Virus record (IMG/VR): IMGVR_UViG_3300007345_000027
Span: 33,090-97,089 of that record
Length of the DNA stretch: 64,000 nucleotides
Strand: one strand, 5' to 3'
Source of the DNA: a virus
Shown: positions 1 through 7,794 of the stretch, in pieces
Layout of the letters: each line of letters starts with the position of its first letter
Numbering within the stretch: the stretch's first letter is position 1
Made by a program: the position numbers and the translations under genes
The notes under the pieces: model-generated
What the model was told of the DNA's origin: nothing
Database searches by the model: none
What the model saw: the letters and a program-made list of their open reading frames with translations, nothing else

Positions 1-2
1 TA

Positions 3-683
3 GATAATTTTTATTCAGATCCAGATAGTGTTGTAAATTATGCCTTATCACAAAAATTTTCTTCTGAGGTAGGTTCTAATTGGCCAGGAAAAAGAACTTC
101 AATATTAGATAATAACTCTGATATTTTCACATCTTTTTCAGTTTTATTAAAAAATAAAACTAGTGTTGATGTATTCAATTATGATTTGGAAACTTCATTT
201 CATAAAACATATATTTTTTCTCCTTTTAAAAATTCATCATTAAATAGTGGATTTGTACATACCGATCTTTATAAAAACTATTTTATAGATGGTAAAAAAA
301 CTCTTTCTGGTGTTGTTTATTTAAATAAAAAATCCATTAAAAGTTCTGGAACTAGTTTTTATAAATTAAAAAATTATACAAATAACATTTCAGATCCATC
401 AACAAATAAAAAGTTTGCAGATCTTAGAAGAGAATATGACTACTATTTCAATGCATACAAAAATATGCTATACTCTTCTTATATTCCCAAACCAAATCCT
501 GCTATAGACATTATTAAAATAAAAGATAAAGTTGATGAATTATTTGAAAAAACACATGAAATTGATAATGTTTATAATAGATTAATCTTATATAATTCAA
601 ATTACTTTCATAGTGCTAGTAATTTATTCTCTAATAACTTTGATCCAAGATTAACACAAGTATTTTTTATGAGTGAAAAATGA
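3..683 (+). CDS. 2OG-Fe(II) oxygenase-like protein (DUF6445-like), 5' partial
   Basis: The frame of ORF 186..683 is open back to the window start (DNFYSDPDSVVNYA...WPGKRT). Motifs HTD, SGVVYLN, GTSFY, NRLILYNSNYFHS, RLTQVFF fit this cyanophage oxygenase-like family. Confidence 0.65.
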   Translation, partial: DNFYSDPDSVVNYALSQKFSSEVGSNWPGKRTSILDNNSDIFTSFSVLLKNKTSVDVFNYDLETSFHKTYIFSPFKNSSLNSGFVHTDLYKNYFIDGKKTLSGVVYLNKKSIKSSGTSFYKLKNYTNNISDPSTNKKFADLRREYDYYFNAYKNMLYSSYIPKPNPAIDIIKIKDKVDELFEKTHEIDNVYNRLILYNSNYFHSASNLFSNNFDPRLTQVFFMSEK

Positions 684-1363
684 TTTTTAACCATGTTGAT
701 ATTGATCTTCCATCTCTTGAAAGAGAAACAATTGATGGAGTAAGATTTTATAAAGTTCCTGATGAAGAAGAACTCCTCCGACTGGTCTCCATTACATCTG
801 TTACCAGTCACAGAAATAGAGAATTTTTTGCTAAGTGGAGAAAACGGGTAGGGGAAGAAAAAGCAGAACGCATCACAAAACGTGCCACAAGTCGTGGTAC
901 AGATATGCATACTCTTGTAGAGTATTTTCTAAAGAATGAAGAATTGCCAGAAGTACAACCTATTTCTGACTTTTTATTTAAAATCTCTAAGCAAACTCTT
1001 AAAAATATAAATAATATATACACCCTTGAAGGTTCGCTATATAGTAAACAATTAGGGATTGCGGGAACTGTTGATTGTATTGCAGAATACAACGGCGAAT
1101 TAGCAATAATCGACTTTAAGACATCTGCTAAACCGAAACCACGGGAGTGGATTGATCACTATTTTGTACAGTGCATGGCATATGGTTGTATGCTGTACGA
1201 ACTGACTGGTATTTCAGTCAAAAAACTTGTAATTATTATGGCTTGCGAAAATGGAGAATGCGTCGTCTATGAAGAACGAGACAAATCAAAGTACATCAAA
1301 CTTCTCACAGAATATATTGGAGAGTTTGTTAGAGATAAATTGGAATTCTATGGAACAAAATAA
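680..1363 (+). CDS. PD-(D/E)xK exonuclease (Cas4/MGME1-like, T4-like cyanophage core)
   Basis: SITSVT, RGTDMH, GTVDCIAEYNGELAIIDFKT, YFVQCMAY motifs; position upstream of gp33/gp59. Confidence 0.85.
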   Translation: MIFNHVDIDLPSLERETIDGVRFYKVPDEEELLRLVSITSVTSHRNREFFAKWRKRVGEEKAERITKRATSRGTDMHTLVEYFLKNEELPEVQPISDFLFKISKQTLKNINNIYTLEGSLYSKQLGIAGTVDCIAEYNGELAIIDFKTSAKPKPREWIDHYFVQCMAYGCMLYELTGISVKKLVIIMACENGECVVYEERDKSKYIKLLTEYIGEFVRDKLEFYGTK

Positions 1364-1610
1364 AGATCTAAAAAACGTGTTAGAAAACAAGTTTTTAACA
1401 CCATCAAAATTTGCAATAGAAATTGAAAAAATTGTTGCAAAAGAAAAGATGAATTATATTGATGCAATATGTTTCTATTGTGAGACTAACAATATTGAAG
1501 TTGATTCAATTACAAAACTTGTATCAAAACCTCTAAAAGAAAAGTTAAAGTGGGATGCTATTCGTCTCAACTTTATGAAAAAAACATCGAGAGCTAAACT
1601 GCCACTATGA
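1350..1610 (+). CDS. gp33: late promoter transcription co-activator gp33
   Basis: FAIEIEKIV...NYIDAIC...KLVSKPLKEKLKWDAIRLNF; ATG at 1350 is in frame with ORF 1251..1610 and avoids a long overlap with the exonuclease. Confidence 0.85.
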   Translation: MEQNKDLKNVLENKFLTPSKFAIEIEKIVAKEKMNYIDAICFYCETNNIEVDSITKLVSKPLKEKLKWDAIRLNFMKKTSRAKLPL

Positions 1611-2203
1611 TCGTGACTCCCTTTGAAACTTACCAACATTATTTGTCACTAAAAAATCACTTCACAAATCCAAAATACGACTTTTTCAAATACGGGGCAA
1701 AAACCCGTGCGAGTATTACTTCTTTCAATAAAAGAAAAGACAAGTATTGGTTTGAAAAAACCTCTCGTAAGTATTCTGATCAAGAAATTTTGGATTTTTT
1801 AGTATCTAATTTTGCTGCTGCCGATAACCCACAAAACCTATGGATTGGAGAAATTATCAATTCTGGCGAAAGAGTGTACGCCGATTGGATGAAACGTCGT
1901 CAGAGTTCAACTTACTTGTTCAAAGAACAAAGCAACGAATTACTATCGAACAACGAATTAGAGAATCTCTTCAATTGTTCCAAGGGTCACCCAATTTTAC
2001 TAAAAAAATTTCTTGGTGGAGAAATAAGTCTTGAAACATTCGTTATTTTTGAAAAAATTTTTGGTTTTTCAAAAAACTTTGATAAAAAATTAAAAGATCC
2101 TGTATGGGAAACCGTAAGTTTAAAATTAAAAAAATATAATCCCTTCATAAATATTGATGTATTCAAATACAAGAAAATTTTGAGAGACCTGGTAGATGAG
2201 TGA
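1607..2203 (+). CDS. gp59: helicase loader gp59
   Basis: YLSLKNHFT..KYDFFKY, FNKRKDKYWFEK, ISLETF motifs; gp33-gp59-gp32 synteny. Confidence 0.9.
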   Translation: MIVTPFETYQHYLSLKNHFTNPKYDFFKYGAKTRASITSFNKRKDKYWFEKTSRKYSDQEILDFLVSNFAAADNPQNLWIGEIINSGERVYADWMKRRQSSTYLFKEQSNELLSNNELENLFNCSKGHPILLKKFLGGEISLETFVIFEKIFGFSKNFDKKLKDPVWETVSLKLKKYNPFINIDVFKYKKILRDLVDE

Positions 2204-2528
2204 CTTTTTTGAATCTGAAATTATTCAAAAAGAACTTGAAGAGATAAATTATCTTCAAGAAAAAATTTATGGAAGTTTATTGTCTTTTAGTGCAATGTCC
2301 CGTGAAGAAAAGTTGGAACATGTCCAAATTCTCACAGACTTGCTAGAAAAGCAGCAAGTGATGTATACTAGGTTATCTCTTTCAGACGACCCTAAAGCGG
2401 TAGAAATGAAAGAGAATCTTCGTAAATCAGTTGCTCTGATGGGTTTTCCACCAGAAACTGATATGATTATGCTTTTTGATAGTATGAATGCAACCATCGA
2501 GGCACTTAAAAAATACATTGACGCCTAA
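2196..2528 (+). CDS. conserved cyanophage protein (DUF1825-like)
   Basis: FFESEIIQKEL...LLEKQQVMYTRLSLSDDPKA resembles the DUF1825 family found between gp59 and gp32. Confidence 0.65.
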   Translation: MSDFFESEIIQKELEEINYLQEKIYGSLLSFSAMSREEKLEHVQILTDLLEKQQVMYTRLSLSDDPKAVEMKENLRKSVALMGFPPETDMIMLFDSMNATIEALKKYIDA

Positions 2529-2546
2529 CCGATTTTTTGTTATACT
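2518..2546 (+). promoter_or_regulatory. sigma70-type promoter for gp32
   Basis: TTGACG (2518-2523), 17-nt spacer, TATACT (2541-2546) with a preceding TG. Confidence 0.7.
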
Positions 2547-2591
2547 ATCCAAGTAAATCCCCCCGAATCCAATTAATCCGAGGTAATCCAA

Positions 2592-3542
2592 ATGTCTTTC
2601 GCAGACCTTAAAAAGCAATCCAAACTGGGCTCTTTGACCGCTAAACTGGTTAAAGAAGTCGAAAAAATGAATAATTCCGCTAACCCAGGAGATGAGCGTC
2701 TCTGGAAACTGGAATGTGATAAGAGCGGCAACGGTTATGCCGTTATTCGTTTCCTGCCTGCTCCTAACGGCGAAGATCTGCCGTTTGTTAAACTGTACTC
2801 CCATGCCTTCCAAGGTCCTGGTGGTTGGTACATTGAGAACTCTCTGACTACGATGGGACAGAAAGATCCTGTGTCTGAGTATAATTCCATGCTTTGGAAC
2901 AATGGCACTGATGCTGGAAAAGAACTTGCACGTAAGCAGAAGCGTAAACTGACTTACATCGCCAACATTTATGTTGTAAAAGATCCTGCTAATCCTGAAA
3001 ACGAGGGAAAAGTTTTCTTGTATAAGTTTGGTAAGAAGATCTTTGATAAACTCACTACTGCAATGCAACCTGAGTTTGAAGATGAGGAAGCAATCGATCC
3101 GTTCGACTTCTGGCAAGGTGCTAACTTCAAGCTGAAGGCGAAGAACGTTGCTGGTTATCGTAACTATGACTCTTCGGAGTTTGCCCGCTCCAGCGCCCTC
3201 CTAGATGATGATGACGCTATGGAAGCAATCTGGAAGAAGCAGTATTCTCTTTCTGAACTTGTTGCTCCCGATCAGTTCAAAACCTATGATGAACTGAAAA
3301 AGCGTATGGATTATGTTCTTGGAAATAAGGGAACTCCTAAATTCCAAGATCAGGAGACCCTTGAGGAAGAGGAAGAGTTCCGCCGCCAAAATCGTGGTGA
3401 GAGCAATCCTATGCCACAATCAATGAAAGAAGAATTGAATTCATTGAGTGATGGGCGAGACTTTAACAGCTCCGATATCACCAGTTCTTCTACCGAAGAT
3501 GATGATACACTGAGTTACTTTGCTAAACTGGCAGAGGACTGA
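2592..3542 (+). CDS. gp32: single-stranded DNA-binding protein gp32
   Basis: GNGYAVIRFLPAP, WYIENSLTT, EGKVFLYKFGKKIFDK, GANFKLK, NYDSSEF motifs, acidic tail; SD GAGGT at 2580-2584. Confidence 0.97.
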   Translation: MSFADLKKQSKLGSLTAKLVKEVEKMNNSANPGDERLWKLECDKSGNGYAVIRFLPAPNGEDLPFVKLYSHAFQGPGGWYIENSLTTMGQKDPVSEYNSMLWNNGTDAGKELARKQKRKLTYIANIYVVKDPANPENEGKVFLYKFGKKIFDKLTTAMQPEFEDEEAIDPFDFWQGANFKLKAKNVAGYRNYDSSEFARSSALLDDDDAMEAIWKKQYSLSELVAPDQFKTYDELKKRMDYVLGNKGTPKFQDQETLEEEEEFRRQNRGESNPMPQSMKEELNSLSDGRDFNSSDITSSSTEDDDTLSYFAKLAED

Positions 3543-3631
3543 TGAAAAAAAGTTCAAGTGGTCATATGAGAGGGTCTGCCTGACCCTCCTGGTTGTGGCA
3601 ACTTATTATATGCTTATCTTTAAGTAACAGC

Positions 3632-3658
3632 GGGGGGATTTAAATCCCCCCCTTTTTT
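3632..3658 (+). terminator. intrinsic terminator between convergent gp32 and gp53
   Basis: Palindrome GGGGGGATTTAAATCCCCCC (3632-3651) followed by a T6 run. Confidence 0.8.
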
Positions 3659-4358
3659 ATGGAGAGGTAATTCTAATATTTTCTGCTTTAATCAAAGTAT
3701 CATTCACATATTGTGATGAGTCTTTGTATTTCATCAACTGTCTCAATTCATCTAAAAATTGCTCTAAATATCGAGATCTTAATACTGTAATTTCTCTTTT
3801 TTTATCATTTTTCATTACCTCATATTCAAAATTAGTTACAGGTATTGTGATATTTTCAACTCTCTTATATGAGTTGGTATCTGCATCATAATATTGAACA
3901 TATGATTGTGTTGGTAATGTATCTGTTACTGGTTTTGGTACTTTGTGATTTTGATCTACAATTTCACCAGCAGGGAGAATAATTCTACCTTTCGCATCTT
4001 TTACTTCAATAGTTTCATAATATTTGACATCATTTAAAGTGTCACCATATAAATCATATGCATATGCTTCAAGATTACTATTTGATAAAGGCCATTCATT
4101 CCTAACATTTAGTATATTGGCAGATATTAAAACAACCCAATCTAAAGTGGAATCTTTATACAATTCGTTTGCAACTTGATCGGGGCGTGTATCTTCTACT
4201 ATTGTATATTTTTCAAAAGCATTATAAATTTTTTCAAAATCACTACGAATTTTTACTCTTCTAAAGAGATTTTTAGCTCTAACAAACTCTAGTGTTGATG
4301 TTCTATCAACTAATGGTGATTGGTAATCTAGTTCTGGAAGTTCTCTGAAATAACCCAT
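3657..4358 (-). CDS. gp53: baseplate wedge subunit gp53
   Basis: YF..LP, RPDQVANELY...LDWVVLISANI...EWPL, VTNFEYE..KNDKKREI motifs. Confidence 0.9.
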   Translation of the reverse strand: MGYFRELPELDYQSPLVDRTSTLEFVRAKNLFRRVKIRSDFEKIYNAFEKYTIVEDTRPDQVANELYKDSTLDWVVLISANILNVRNEWPLSNSNLEAYAYDLYGDTLNDVKYYETIEVKDAKGRIILPAGEIVDQNHKVPKPVTDTLPTQSYVQYYDADTNSYKRVENITIPVTNFEYEVMKNDKKREITVLRSRYLEQFLDELRQLMKYKDSSQYVNDTLIKAENIRITSP

Positions 4359-4359
4359 A

Positions 4360-5256
4360 TCAGTATCCTACTCCTAAAAGACTATCAGTATAATCTTCTG
4401 CATAAACTGGTACAACTTCTTGAAAACTTAAATCAAGTTGCATAGAAACAGGAGTTCCGTCATGATATGTTGCATAAACATTTTCACCAGTATAATTAAC
4501 TGCCATATTTTTTAGAGCACATTCTTTGAATGATGGTAGAAATGGGTGTTTAGTATTCCCCTTTCTATATTGCAGATCAAAGTAACCAGGAGTCTTAATA
4601 AATGTACCAGGGTCCTTTTCTTTACTATTATTCTTAGCACTCATATGCACTTTAAGTGTTCTAATTATTTTTTTAATATTATCTCTGTCCTCTTCATTTC
4701 TCGGTGTTAACTTGAATGAAAAGTTAAACTCTCTTAAAGTAACACCGTTGAACAATAATCTATTATTTTGATTTACGATTTGACCATAACTACGTGCCAG
4801 AATTTGATCTAGGGTAACATTACCACCAAGAACATTTACTGCTTCTGCAGATAATTGAGTTTTTCCTAATGTTATTATCTTATCCAAATCCAAAGAACCA
4901 CGAATCGTTCCCAATTTCCCTTTAACTTCTTCTAATGATCCTTCGAGATTAAATAGGTCAATATCCATTAGTGCCCCTCCTGCAGCGACTCCTGCAGCAG
5001 TAAGATTATTCATCTTACTTTCACCCCAAGATACCGCATTGGAATCTTGCAAATTTGATGGCATTGGTAAGTATATGACTGAACCAATCTGTATGGATTC
5101 TTTTTTAGAATAATCAAGCAATCCAGTAACGGTAAAATTTGTGTTACCAATTCCAGATGCATCTGGATTTACATATTCCTTAAGTGTAATACTAAAATAA
5201 TCAGTTTCCTTCTCAATTGCCATATCAGAAGGATACCTTATTGATTGTTCTGCCAT
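4360..5256 (-). CDS. gp48: baseplate tail-tube cap gp48
   Basis: IYLPMP, LLFNGVTLREFNFSFKLTPRN, CALKNMAVNYT, DGTPVSMQLDLSFQE motifs. Confidence 0.88.
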   Translation of the reverse strand: MAEQSIRYPSDMAIEKETDYFSITLKEYVNPDASGIGNTNFTVTGLLDYSKKESIQIGSVIYLPMPSNLQDSNAVSWGESKMNNLTAAGVAAGGALMDIDLFNLEGSLEEVKGKLGTIRGSLDLDKIITLGKTQLSAEAVNVLGGNVTLDQILARSYGQIVNQNNRLLFNGVTLREFNFSFKLTPRNEEDRDNIKKIIRTLKVHMSAKNNSKEKDPGTFIKTPGYFDLQYRKGNTKHPFLPSFKECALKNMAVNYTGENVYATYHDGTPVSMQLDLSFQEVVPVYAEDYTDSLLGVGY

Positions 5257-5265
5257 TATCCTTTT

Positions 5266-5670
5266 TTAACTATTTAGACGAAAGTTTCCAAAAGGTATGG
5301 TTTGTAAATCTTTTATCTCAGATTGATAGACTTCATATATTTCCCCTACTATCTCATCCCAAGTATATTGTCTAACTTTTCCCCAATGAAAGTTTATACC
5401 TCTGAACCCCCATGAAAAAACATCTGAAACGGCAACAAATGGATTTTGATCATATTTTATGTTTGGTGTTTTAGGATTGTAAACAAAAATGTAGTATTTT
5501 CCAGAATCAGGAACTTTTCCACTTTCATTTAAAACATTCATTAATTCAATCATTAAATCATCTGGATGTTCAGTACCGACGATACTATCAGTTACTGATC
5601 TAAGACGATTTACATTAAAATCAGTATCAGTATTTTCTGCTGCTCTTTGCCTTAGTGTTTTTCTTGGCAT
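5266..5670 (-). CDS. gp2: DNA end protector gp2-like (short form)
   Basis: GKYYIFVYNPK...YDQNPFV...GFRGINFH resembles the gp2 core; adjacent to gp4. Confidence 0.6.
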   Translation of the reverse strand: MPRKTLRQRAAENTDTDFNVNRLRSVTDSIVGTEHPDDLMIELMNVLNESGKVPDSGKYYIFVYNPKTPNIKYDQNPFVAVSDVFSWGFRGINFHWGKVRQYTWDEIVGEIYEVYQSEIKDLQTIPFGNFRLNS

Positions 5671-5671
5671 T

Positions 5672-6106
5672 TTAGATACCTAGTTCGTCTTCTGTGATAA
5701 TTTTAAATTTCCATCGACGATCTTCACAAAATTCTTGAGCAACTTTCCATTTTGCTTGATTTTTTGCCCATTCAGTAACTTCATATATGTAACCTTTAGT
5801 TTTTGTTTTTTTAACTTTAGGTTCAATAGTTTGTTTTTTGGGTTTTATTTCAATCAAATACTTTTGAATCTGTCCATTATTTTCTACAACTTTAATATAA
5901 AAATCTGGAAAGTAACGATGAATTCTGTTATCTAACGGTGATCTATAAGGAAGTGCAAGTTCTTCACTACCCCATTCTAATATTCTTTCATTTTTATCAC
6001 AATAAACCATAAACTTTCTTTCCCATAATGATCTATAAACTATATTTGTAGGATCACCCTTGTATTTCTTGGGATAAGAAGGTTTGTATTTTCCTTTGTA
6101 TGCCAT
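5672..6106 (-). CDS. gp4: head completion nuclease gp4
   Basis: MAYKGKYKP..PKKYKGDPTNIVYRSLWE, HRYFPDF, IEIKP, NQAKW, FKIITE. Confidence 0.93.
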   Translation of the reverse strand: MAYKGKYKPSYPKKYKGDPTNIVYRSLWERKFMVYCDKNERILEWGSEELALPYRSPLDNRIHRYFPDFYIKVVENNGQIQKYLIEIKPKKQTIEPKVKKTKTKGYIYEVTEWAKNQAKWKVAQEFCEDRRWKFKIITEDELGI

Positions 6107-6143
6107 CTAAATAGTTCATAACATAGCGTATAAAAGTATTTAG
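6107..6143. promoter_or_regulatory. pair of opposed T4-type late promoters serving gp54-like (+) and gp4 (-)
   Basis: CTAAATA at 6107-6113 (+) and TATTTAG at 6137-6143 (CTAAATA on the minus strand) in the 39-bp intergenic gap. Confidence 0.6.
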
Positions 6144-6145
6144 AA

Positions 6146-6853
6146 ATGAAAGTTCCAGAGATTGGCACTGTAAATATGAGTATGTTGCCAACGTTTTTGA
6201 ATTTATCGAGAACAAATCTATACGAAGTTTTTATTGGAAATTCTTGGGCTTCACCATCAACTACAACATCATTTTTAAAGTTTCTTAGTGATGGTACTCA
6301 ATATGGATCTATCAATTTCAATGAAGATTTTGGTAGAGGTATAGGTCTTCTTTGTACTAATGCAACTTTACCAGCATCTTCATATGCAACTGCAGAAGTA
6401 AAAGATAATTTCATTGGTGTTGGGCAAGAATTTGCACATACTAGAATTAATACTGATATTGACTTCACATTTTATATTGATAGACAATATAAAGTATTAG
6501 GATTTTTTGAAGCATGGATGGATTTTATTTCTGGTGGCGCTGGTGGAGACATGCCACAACAAAACTCAGATCAATCAGCATCAGTTGGTTATTATAGAAG
6601 ATATAACTACCCAAAGTATTATAAAACTAACGGAATTTACATCAAAAAGTTTGAAGCAGACTATGCAAAAGGTGGTGCAACAAACATATCATATCAGTTA
6701 GTTAATGCTTTTCCTAAGTCTATGGCTTCAATACCAGTTGCATATGGTGGTTCTGAAATTATGAAAATAACAGTTACTCTAAACTATGATAGATACATTG
6801 TACGTAGGGAGTTTGCAACCGAATCAATTGATTTGAACGGCAATATTGCATAA
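6146..6853 (+). CDS. tail tube initiator / gp19-family protein (gp54-like)
   Basis: LLCTNATLP, IDFTFYID, FFEAWMDFI, NAFPKS..IPVAYG..IMKITVTLNY are tail-tube-fold motifs. Confidence 0.75.
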   Translation: MKVPEIGTVNMSMLPTFLNLSRTNLYEVFIGNSWASPSTTTSFLKFLSDGTQYGSINFNEDFGRGIGLLCTNATLPASSYATAEVKDNFIGVGQEFAHTRINTDIDFTFYIDRQYKVLGFFEAWMDFISGGAGGDMPQQNSDQSASVGYYRRYNYPKYYKTNGIYIKKFEADYAKGGATNISYQLVNAFPKSMASIPVAYGGSEIMKITVTLNYDRYIVRREFATESIDLNGNIA

Positions 6854-6858
6854 CACCC

Positions 6859-6866
6859 TATAAATA
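6859..6866 (+). promoter_or_regulatory. T4-type late promoter
   Basis: Exact TATAAATA upstream of gp26. Confidence 0.7.
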
Positions 6867-6892
6867 AAAACACATGAATTGTATAGAAAATT

Positions 6893-7615
6893 ATGCCTTT
6901 ACCTAAGATTAATACGCCATTGTATGAGATGGAAATTCCATCTTCTGGTAAAAAGATTAAGTATAGACCTTTTCTTGTTAGAGAAGAAAAGATTCTAATC
7001 ATGGCATTAGAATCTGAAGATATGAAACAAATTACCAATGCTATTGTACAAATCTTAGGAGATTGTATTAGCACAAGAGGTGTTAAGATAAAAGACTTAT
7101 CAACTTTTGATATTGAATATATTTTCCTCAATGTTAGAGCAAAATCTGTTGGTGAATCAGTTGAAGTAAGTGTTATCTGCCCAGATGATGAAGAAACTCA
7201 AGTTAAAACATCTATTGATATAGATAGCATTTCAGTTCAGAGAAATCCTGACCATGAACAGATTATTAGGTTGGATGATGAACTTTCAATGAAGATGAAG
7301 TATCCTTCCTTGGATCAGTTTGTTGAGAATAATTTTGAATATAATACGGATGATGATAATGTTGACAAATCATTAGACATGATTGTCTCATGTATCGATA
7401 TGGTATATAATAAAGAAGAGTCTTGGTCTGCAAAAGATTGTACTAAGAAAGAGTTGAAGGATTTTGTAGATCAAATGAACACCAGGCAGTTGAAAGAGGT
7501 TGAAAACTTCTTTATAACTATGCCTAAATTGATGCATATTGTTAATGTTACAAATCCGAAAACCAAAGTTGAATCTGAAGTCGTTCTTGAGGGCCTTGCA
7601 AGTTTTTTCACCTGA
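6893..7615 (+). CDS. gp26: baseplate hub assembly protein gp26
   Basis: MPLPKI, YRPFLVREEKIL, FDIEYIFLNVRAKSVGE, CPDD, MKYP, LEGLASFF. Confidence 0.9.
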   Translation: MPLPKINTPLYEMEIPSSGKKIKYRPFLVREEKILIMALESEDMKQITNAIVQILGDCISTRGVKIKDLSTFDIEYIFLNVRAKSVGESVEVSVICPDDEETQVKTSIDIDSISVQRNPDHEQIIRLDDELSMKMKYPSLDQFVENNFEYNTDDDNVDKSLDMIVSCIDMVYNKEESWSAKDCTKKELKDFVDQMNTRQLKEVENFFITMPKLMHIVNVTNPKTKVESEVVLEGLASFFT

Positions 7616-7645
7616 GTATGGCTCATACTAATCTTGAGTCATATT
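7589..7645 (+). promoter_or_regulatory. putative -1 programmed ribosomal frameshift signal
   Basis: SD-like GAGGG 7589-7593, in-frame slippery heptamer T TTT TTC 7603-7609, 5-nt spacer, 11-bp hairpin 7615-7625/7635-7645; the downstream ORF lies in the -1 frame with no intervening stop. Confidence 0.65.
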
Positions 7646-7794
7646 ACCGTGTTAATTTTGCCTTGATGCAGCATCATAAATATAGCTTGACGGAGTTGGA
7701 AAATATGATTCCCTTTGAAAGGGAAATCTATGTTTCGCTTTTACAACAGCATGTTGAAGAAGAAAATCTAAAAGCACAACAAAGTGGAAATTAA
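7618..7794 (+). CDS. gp51: gp51-like baseplate hub assembly catalyst (58 aa; probably the C-terminal extension of a gp26 frameshift product)
   Basis: Not in the ORF track; hand translation MAHTNLESYYRVNFALMQHHKYSLTELENMIPFEREIYVSLLQQHVEEENLKAQQSGN. Confidence 0.8.
   Translation: MAHTNLESYYRVNFALMQHHKYSLTELENMIPFEREIYVSLLQQHVEEENLKAQQSGN

Noticed and set aside
680-1363. Cas4-like nuclease as evidence of a CRISPR system
   Set aside because: No Fe-S cysteine pattern, no other cas genes and no repeat-spacer array in the window; it is a core phage exonuclease.
2427-3116. 229-aa antisense ORF over gp32
   Set aside because: Shadow of a codon-biased conserved gene; no motifs or expression signals.
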